Part shown: in pieces, positions 57,710 to 64,000 of the stretch
How positions within the stretch are numbered: position 1 is the stretch's first letter
Layout: the number at the start of each line of letters is the position of its first letter
Origin: an uncultured Thermoproteaceae archaeon
GTDB lineage: Archaea; Thermoproteota; Thermoprotei; Thermoproteales; Thermocladiaceae
Direction: 5' to 3'
Assembly (NCBI GenBank): GCA_964575955.1
Contig: CAZNTG010000006.1
Coordinates: forward strand, 1 to 64,000
DNA length: 64,000 bases
Made by a program: the position numbers and the translations under genes
The notes under the pieces: generated by a model
Told to the model about the DNA's origin: nothing
Seen by the model: the letters and a program-made list of their open reading frames with translations, nothing else
The model's database searches: none

Positions 57710-58294
57710 ATGTTTGAAGAAGCTTTTAAATGCGTTATTAAGTGCGTTATTAAGTCTGAAGATAGATGTTTTAAACTTTCAAGTGGTAAATTAAGTCCAT
57801 ATTATATAGATCTTAGGAGAATACTCTTTGGAGATCCTAAATGTCTAGATATAATATCTCAAGTATTGATAGAGAAGTTTTTAAAATATATTCAATACGA
57901 CTTCATAGCATGTAAAGCTCTTGGAGCAGTTCCATTAGCAGTTTCACTATCTCTAAAAGTTGAAAAGCCTATAATAGTACTTAGAGAGAGGTACAAGGAT
58001 TATGGATTGAAAGGTAGTGTTGTAGGACCTATAGATCAGGTGTATGGTAAATATGTAGTTATTGTTGATGATGTTGCAACAACGGGAAACACCATCCTTG
58101 AAGTCGCTAAAGTAGTTAGAGATAGTGGTGGTATTGTAGATAAGGCAATTGTCATAGTTGACAGAGAGGAAGGTGCTAGAGAATTTTTGAAAAAGCATAA
58201 CATCGAACTACTATCACTATTTAAGAGGAGCGAACTTGGAATATCTGATGAATGGTTAAGAAGTGTTGAGAATATATGTAGAGAAGTTATTTAA
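57710..58294 (+). CDS. pyrE: Orotate phosphoribosyltransferase
   Basis: FKLSSGKLSPYYIDLR, KDYG, VDDVATTG, VDREEG. Confidence 0.93.
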   Translation: MFEEAFKCVIKCVIKSEDRCFKLSSGKLSPYYIDLRRILFGDPKCLDIISQVLIEKFLKYIQYDFIACKALGAVPLAVSLSLKVEKPIIVLRERYKDYGLKGSVVGPIDQVYGKYVVIVDDVATTGNTILEVAKVVRDSGGIVDKAIVIVDREEGAREFLKKHNIELLSLFKRSELGISDEWLRSVENICREVI

Positions 58295-59243
58295 ATAGTT
58301 CTAGCGTATGTGCAAGTTCTTCACACTTATCCTCATATATTATAAACGTATCTTCAAATTGCGAAACCATACCTTTTCTCTGTTCTACAAGAACAGGATA
58401 TGCATATAGTACATTTTCTTTAACTAGATTTTCAATTATATCATTAATATTTTCATACTTATCTTTCAACCATCTTGGTGTAAATGGTAGATGATCATTA
58501 ATATTTAATATATCGTTTATAATATTACCATACTTTTTCTGAATTTTCTTCAACTGTTTTGCAGTTGTTATTTGTAGTCTAAATATTGTATATATGGGAT
58601 AGTCAATAACACTTCCAGCACCATCAGTTGCAAATGGCTCTATTGCATATATTTCTCCCTGAACTACATGTCTTTCATCACCATTATCTACATTTGGTAT
58701 TGACTTACCTGCATGAAGTTCATACCTTCTTATTAGATGTCCTGTCAAGTTTTCTATTGGTTTAAAGCCAAATGATTTTATAGTCTTTTCAATTACTTGA
58801 CCAATCTTTCTTATTGGTACTCCATGCTTAAGTACTGTTTTAACAGCTTTCAAAGCCTCTATTGAAGCTTCTAGAAGTTTATCATATATTGGGTTGAATG
58901 ATACTGTTATTGCTGCATCAACAATAAGACCATCAATATGTGCACCAACATCTATCTTAACTATAGATTTCTCAGGTATTGTATATTCATCATCTATCTT
59001 AGCTGTGTAGTGTGCTGCAACTTCATTAATGCTGACATTTACAGGAAATGCAGGTTTTGCACCTTGAGATCTTATGTAATTTTCAAGATCTTCACAGAGA
59101 TCTAAAACTTTCATACCTGGTTTAACAATATTGAGAGCTCTATTCAAAGTCTTATGAACTATCTCTCCAGTTTTTCTCAAGATCTCAACTTCTTCACTAC
59201 TTAGAGACTTGGACACCAGATTCTCTACATAGAGAGCAGTCAT
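58287..59243 (-). CDS. map: Methionine aminopeptidase type II
   Basis: AFPVN, AAHYT, KIDVGAHIDG, NLTGH, AIEPFAT, SQFE; likely start at 59243. Confidence 0.94.
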   Translation of the reverse strand: MTALYVENLVSKSLSSEEVEILRKTGEIVHKTLNRALNIVKPGMKVLDLCEDLENYIRSQGAKPAFPVNVSINEVAAHYTAKIDDEYTIPEKSIVKIDVGAHIDGLIVDAAITVSFNPIYDKLLEASIEALKAVKTVLKHGVPIRKIGQVIEKTIKSFGFKPIENLTGHLIRRYELHAGKSIPNVDNGDERHVVQGEIYAIEPFATDGAGSVIDYPIYTIFRLQITTAKQLKKIQKKYGNIINDILNINDHLPFTPRWLKDKYENINDIIENLVKENVLYAYPVLVEQRKGMVSQFEDTFIIYEDKCEELAHTLELFK

Positions 59244-59325
59244 ATTAACAATTCTCTTCTCGTCATGGAGTAATGTAAAGAAACATTTAAGACTTAGTAA
59301 AGAGCGTTTAGCGTGCAGAGATCTC

Positions 59326-60651
59326 ATGGGTGCGTTAACGATAGCTGCTAAATACCTGATTATAGCATCATTTGAAGTTCAGGGATCTGTAGATAAGCCA
59401 GACATCATTGGAGCGGTATTTAGTCAAACAGAAGGTCTACTAGGCTCAGATTTAGATCTTAGAGAACTACAAATGATGGGTAGAGTTGGTAGGATAGAGG
59501 TTGAAATAGAGAAGAGAGGTGATAAAACGATCGGTAAGATATATGTTCCATCAAACTTAAACAGATTTGAAACTGCGCTGATAGCAGCAGCATTAGAGAC
59601 AGTTGATAGAGTTGGCCCATATGCTGCCAAGGTTAAGATTGTTGAAATTAAAGATTTGAGAGAGGAGAAGAGGAAGAGAATTCTTGAAAGAGCTAAAGAA
59701 CTTGCAATGAAGATACAACATGAAGTACTACCTGACAGTAAAGAGCTTATTAGTAAGTTAGTAGAAGCTGTAAGCGAGGCAGAACTAGTTAAATACGGTC
59801 CCGAAGGTCTACCAGCAGGTCCTGATGTGGATAGGTCAGATACGATAATAATTGTTGAAGGTAGAGCAGATGTGTTAAACTTACTTAGACATGGTTATAG
59901 AAATGTGATTGCTGTTGAAGGTGCTAGTGGTGGTATACCAAAAACAATAATTGAACTATCTAGAAAGAAGACAACAATAGCATTTGTAGATGGTGATAGA
60001 GGTGGAGAGATGCTTCTAAGAGAGTTGATAAAGGTTGCAGATATAGACTATATTGCACGTGCACCACCAGGTAAAGAAGTTGAAGAGTTGACAGCTAAGG
60101 AGATAGCAAAATGTTTGAGAAATAAGATACCTGTTGAAGAGTACCTTGCACAGATCAGAGAAGAGAGATTGAGAGTTGAGAAACCACAGTCACAGGAAGT
60201 AACTGTTGAAAAAACTATAGAGACAAAGCCAGTATCAGTAAGTGTAGAATTTCAGAAACCAGCTGAAGAACAATTAGCACAACCTGTAAAAGTTGAGAAA
60301 GAGGTTGTTCAAGAGGTTAAAGCACCAACAGTAGAGTTAGAGATACCGTCAAATGTTATTGAGGAGGTTAAGAAACTTACAGGTACTCTAGAAGCAGTAC
60401 TTTATGACAATTCTTGGAATGAGATTAAGAGAGTTCCTGTAAAAGATCTAATAGATACATTACAACAGTTAGATAGTGTAAATGCGATAATAATGGATGG
60501 TGTATGTACACAAAGACTTGTAGATACAGCAGCAGGTAAAGGTGTTAAGATTATTGTTGCATCAAGAATTGGAGGTATAGCTAAGATGCCTGAAAATATG
60601 AAGATATTGACAATAGAAGACCTATCAAAACAGGGACAGCAAACTACTTAA
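59326..60651 (+). CDS. dnaG: Archaeal DnaG (exosome-associated TOPRIM protein)
   Basis: VDKPDIIGAVFSQTEGLLG, IIVEGRADV, FVDGDRGG. Confidence 0.96.
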   Translation: MGALTIAAKYLIIASFEVQGSVDKPDIIGAVFSQTEGLLGSDLDLRELQMMGRVGRIEVEIEKRGDKTIGKIYVPSNLNRFETALIAAALETVDRVGPYAAKVKIVEIKDLREEKRKRILERAKELAMKIQHEVLPDSKELISKLVEAVSEAELVKYGPEGLPAGPDVDRSDTIIIVEGRADVLNLLRHGYRNVIAVEGASGGIPKTIIELSRKKTTIAFVDGDRGGEMLLRELIKVADIDYIARAPPGKEVEELTAKEIAKCLRNKIPVEEYLAQIREERLRVEKPQSQEVTVEKTIETKPVSVSVEFQKPAEEQLAQPVKVEKEVVQEVKAPTVELEIPSNVIEEVKKLTGTLEAVLYDNSWNEIKRVPVKDLIDTLQQLDSVNAIIMDGVCTQRLVDTAAGKGVKIIVASRIGGIAKMPENMKILTIEDLSKQGQQTT

Positions 60652-60653
60652 AA

Positions 60654-63047
60654 CTATGTGAAGAAGTCTGTAATTGATTTTGCTCTCTTACCACTCATCA
60701 ATGAGTCTTCTCTAACACCAAATACCTGTAATATTCTCAATGCTGCAGGTATTACTTGATGCTCTATGTAGTAGTCAACATCTACCTCTCTAATATCTTT
60801 AATCAATATGTACGGTTTTGCTCTATAGGCAATCTTACTACCTCCAGATTTAACAATAACATATCCAATAGTGTCACCTTTAGATACCTTATAACCAGCT
60901 TCAATAAGTTTCTTAGCTGCGTATACATGTGGTGTTATTGTCTTATACTCATTTAGATTCTTATCAAGTGTCTTCCATATTATAACATCATCAAGATTGA
61001 ATCTGTAGTTTTTCAATCTCTGTATTACGTCATGTACATATTTTATAGCTTCATCAATATTACCTGTCTTTAACACTATTTCAGCAACCTTCTCTTGAGT
61101 TTCTTTAGCAATTTCAGCCCAATCACCTCTAGCAGCTTCAAAACCAACAATCTCTATCCTACCATCATCTGTTAATCCTACATACCTCTTCTTAGCTTCT
61201 GTAAATACTATCTTCTTATAAACTTTCTCAAGCTTTATTTCAAATCCAAGCTCTTTCTCTACAAACTCTATAAGCTTTTTAATCTTATCTTCATCATATT
61301 TTACAAATAGGCTATCAGTATCTCCATATATTACTTGTAGATTTATCTTCTTAGCATAGTTTAGCACAGTCTTCATTATATGTCTAGCCCATGCTGTTAC
61401 AGCTTCAGCAACCTCCCTCCTATACCATCTAGCACCAATCCAACCACAGTAACCATACATTGCATTAGCCATAATCTTTAATGCTCTCTGTCTTTCGTCT
61501 AGAATAACGTAGTCTGGGCTATCCTTGGGAATTTTCTTCATTAACTCTCTAATCTCTCTTCTCCTACTCATCAATTCTATTAAAATATGTTTATAAAGTC
61601 CTGGTGGTTCTTTTCTAAATCTATGTTTAACTTCAGGAGCTTCATAATAATCTTCATACTTATCCCATTCTGAAGGTTCTATATATGTGTCAGGTGATAC
61701 ATTATACTTAACCATTATGTTTGGATACATGCTTGTGAAGTCTAGAACTGCGACATCACTATGAAGTCCAGGTTTTGGTTCTAGAACAATTGCACCTCTA
61801 TAGCTCTCATACGGTCTTTCAACCCTGTTAGGTGCAAGCTCGTTCAACTTATATGCTCTAAACATTATCATCCACTCAACACGCATACCTACAGATGCCG
61901 CAGCAACTTGATCGAGTGGTAGACCTGAAATGTATGATAGCTGTATTAGGAATGGTATTAATTTCTCACCAAGCTTATATGTACTATAGACATCTTGTTC
62001 ACAATACTTTATCAATAACTCTCTCCTCTTCTTATCATCCCAATATTCAAATATTCTATGACCTGGAATTAGAATTCTCTCATCTCTAGATAGAATACCA
62101 AAATAATCTGCAACATAGTCAAGACTCTTAATCTTAATATCAGGCATCTCCTCAATAATGTTGTAGAGATCTACATTAGCTCTACCAATAACAGACCAAT
62201 GACCATAAACACTCTGTTCAGGTTTTGAATTTGATCTAGTTACTGTAAGCTTAATTCCAAGTCTTTCAGCTCTCTTTACAAGATATGGCCAATCAAAGTT
62301 ATTTGAATTATATCCAAGTATTATGTCTGGATCATATTCCTGTACATAGTTTACAAATTCTTTCAAAATCTTTCTATCATTCTTATCATCATCCACTGTT
62401 AAAGTTGTTAACTTCCCATCACTATTATATAGAGAGATTATCAATATTGGATCTCTATCAGGATGTGGTGTACCTCTAGGATTATAGACCTCTATATCAA
62501 ATGCAAGCATCTTCAGATTAGGTATATCAGTCTTCTCATGTAGTGTTCTCGGTCTAGTATTTGCTACTAAGATTCTATCAACCTTCTGTTCAGGATATTC
62601 CTTCTTATCAACTTCTTCGACATTATCAACATAGATCCATGAACATGGTCTTAAATCATGATCTATTAGATATCTCATGTAGAATCTTATATCAGCTTCA
62701 ACAACATCTTCAACTTCCTGATACTGTTTTACAAGTTCTCTAAGTTCTCTAACTTTTTCAGGAATTTTTGCAATTATTTTAACAACATTTCTCTCTTTAC
62801 CAAATATCTTCTTAACACATTTCTCAACACCTATAACTCCCTTAGCTTCAAGTCTTTTTCTAATTTTTTCACAAGCTTCATCAGGGTTTACATTGTTCTT
62901 CAATATTGCGTAGAAGTATGGTCTAAAACCTCTATCTAGTAGGAGTACTCTATTACCATCACGATCAATTCCATAGATCCTAAGCTCAAGACCTCTCTTA
63001 CCAATACCATACGTAATATCTAACAACCACATCTCTAGATCAGACAT
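60654..63047 (-). CDS. polB: Family B DNA polymerase (PolB3 type)
   Basis: FDIE exonuclease motif, DFTSMYP, KIMANAMYGY, YGDTDS, KKRY; no intein. Confidence 0.97.
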   Translation of the reverse strand: MSDLEMWLLDITYGIGKRGLELRIYGIDRDGNRVLLLDRGFRPYFYAILKNNVNPDEACEKIRKRLEAKGVIGVEKCVKKIFGKERNVVKIIAKIPEKVRELRELVKQYQEVEDVVEADIRFYMRYLIDHDLRPCSWIYVDNVEEVDKKEYPEQKVDRILVANTRPRTLHEKTDIPNLKMLAFDIEVYNPRGTPHPDRDPILIISLYNSDGKLTTLTVDDDKNDRKILKEFVNYVQEYDPDIILGYNSNNFDWPYLVKRAERLGIKLTVTRSNSKPEQSVYGHWSVIGRANVDLYNIIEEMPDIKIKSLDYVADYFGILSRDERILIPGHRIFEYWDDKKRRELLIKYCEQDVYSTYKLGEKLIPFLIQLSYISGLPLDQVAAASVGMRVEWMIMFRAYKLNELAPNRVERPYESYRGAIVLEPKPGLHSDVAVLDFTSMYPNIMVKYNVSPDTYIEPSEWDKYEDYYEAPEVKHRFRKEPPGLYKHILIELMSRRREIRELMKKIPKDSPDYVILDERQRALKIMANAMYGYCGWIGARWYRREVAEAVTAWARHIMKTVLNYAKKINLQVIYGDTDSLFVKYDEDKIKKLIEFVEKELGFEIKLEKVYKKIVFTEAKKRYVGLTDDGRIEIVGFEAARGDWAEIAKETQEKVAEIVLKTGNIDEAIKYVHDVIQRLKNYRFNLDDVIIWKTLDKNLNEYKTITPHVYAAKKLIEAGYKVSKGDTIGYVIVKSGGSKIAYRAKPYILIKDIREVDVDYYIEHQVIPAALRILQVFGVREDSLMSGKRAKSITDFFT

Positions 63048-63106
63048 TCTACACTATATAATGCAGATTAGACTTTATAAGACCTAACACAACACATAGA
63101 ACAGAG

Positions 63107-63409
63107 ATGTCGAGTGTAGATACTTCACAGGGAAAAGCGACTAAAGCAGAAATTGAAGAAAGACTAAAACAGGCACTATACTACCTAACTAGAGTAGTTC
63201 AAGATATGGGAGTACCTAGAAATATACGTAGAGCTGCAAGTGAGGCAATTAGAGTACTAATGAATCCATCACTAAGTCCCGGAGTTAAAGCATCGATGGT
63301 TATAAGTATACTAGATGATGTATTAATGGATCCAAACATGCCACTATTTAGTAGAGTAATATTTTGGCAAGTAATAAGCATACTTGAACAAATTAAAGAT
63401 ATCGTTTAA
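63107..63409 (+). CDS. UPF0147 family protein
   Basis: VPRNIRRAA...DPNMP..SR. Confidence 0.92.
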   Translation: MSSVDTSQGKATKAEIEERLKQALYYLTRVVQDMGVPRNIRRAASEAIRVLMNPSLSPGVKASMVISILDDVLMDPNMPLFSRVIFWQVISILEQIKDIV

Positions 63410-63416
63410 CCATATT

Positions 63417-64000
63417 TTAATATTTAACAATTTTTGATATGAAAAATCCAGAACATCTATGTATGTGAGGTAAAATGATAACACACTTCCTGAGTATAGG
63501 ACTAGAAATACCCAACTTTAAAATTCCAGTATAGTCAATATCGACATTGTCTAAATTAAGCATAGAGATAACATTATACTCATTCTCTTCATATGTTAAA
63601 GTACATGTACAATAATACACAGTACTACCTCTCAAAACTTTACTTAACACATTTCTAAGAAGATTTCTCTGAAGTCTAGACTTATTTAAAACATCTATAG
63701 GAGTTAACCACATCTTAATTTCAGGATTATGTTGAAGTCTACCTAAACTAGAACAGTCAGGATCTATTAAAAATAGTTTAGTACTATCTCTAAGCTTAAT
63801 AGGAAGATATGTAGAATCAGTATGCACATAGTCAACATTGTATAACCTAATTCTCTCAACATTCCTCTTAATCTCTAAAATTCTTCTTCTAGAAATTTCA
63901 AAACCTATAGTATAAAATCCATATTGAGATATGTAAGACATCTTATTACCAGGACCTGCTGTCAAATCTATAAAAATAGTCTTATACTTCCTACACTCCT
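63417..64000 (-). CDS. RsmB/NOP2-family RNA m5C methyltransferase, truncated by the window end
   Basis: Frame open to 64000; FIDLTAGPGNK, DPDCSSLG, YCTCT...EENE, PH....GFFI. Confidence 0.88.
   Translation of the reverse strand, partial: ECRKYKTIFIDLTAGPGNKMSYISQYGFYTIGFEISRRRILEIKRNVERIRLYNVDYVHTDSTYLPIKLRDSTKLFLIDPDCSSLGRLQHNPEIKMWLTPIDVLNKSRLQRNLLRNVLSKVLRGSTVYYCTCTLTYEENEYNVISMLNLDNVDIDYTGILKLGISSPILRKCVIILPHIHRCSGFFISKIVKY

Noticed and set aside
1-64000. CRISPR arrays, IS elements, inteins, tRNA introns, and the many Ser/Ile-rich antisense ORFs of 60-200 aa
   Set aside because: No regularly spaced repeats, transposase motifs or oversized host proteins were seen; the three tRNAs are contiguous; the antisense ORFs are shadows of well-supported genes

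Overview
AT-rich archaeal chromosomal segment, very probably Thermoproteota of the order Thermoproteales (inferred from the Thermoproteales-style eL15 C-terminus, a PaREP1 gene, and Pyrobaculum-like glnA and PolB3). It is densely coding and mostly housekeeping: ribosomal proteins, Topo VI, KEOPS, DnaG, PolB3, TiaS, TCA and amino-acid enzymes. It also carries a NiFe-hydrogenase/HypE/NikR block, a tungsten/molybdenum theme (AOR plus its radical SAM maturase, ModD-like protein, MoeA-PBP, WtpABC) and dispersed type IV pilus genes. Non-coding RNAs read directly from the sequence are 3 tRNAs, SRP RNA, 5 C/D-box sRNA candidates and one K-turn/ACA RNA. No CRISPR array, transposase, integrase or intein was seen. 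The most unusual signals are an SRP RNA with a perfect 43-bp, internally palindromic helix 5 and a three-hairpin Alu domain; sharp A+C to G+T strand-composition flips centred on ncRNA genes; a tungstate transporter splitting top6B from top6A; an orphan eroded Csx1-like protein; a TackOD1 protein beside the pilus machinery; and a gene broken by a 13-bp tandem duplication. All family assignments come from motif recognition by eye; no searches were run.
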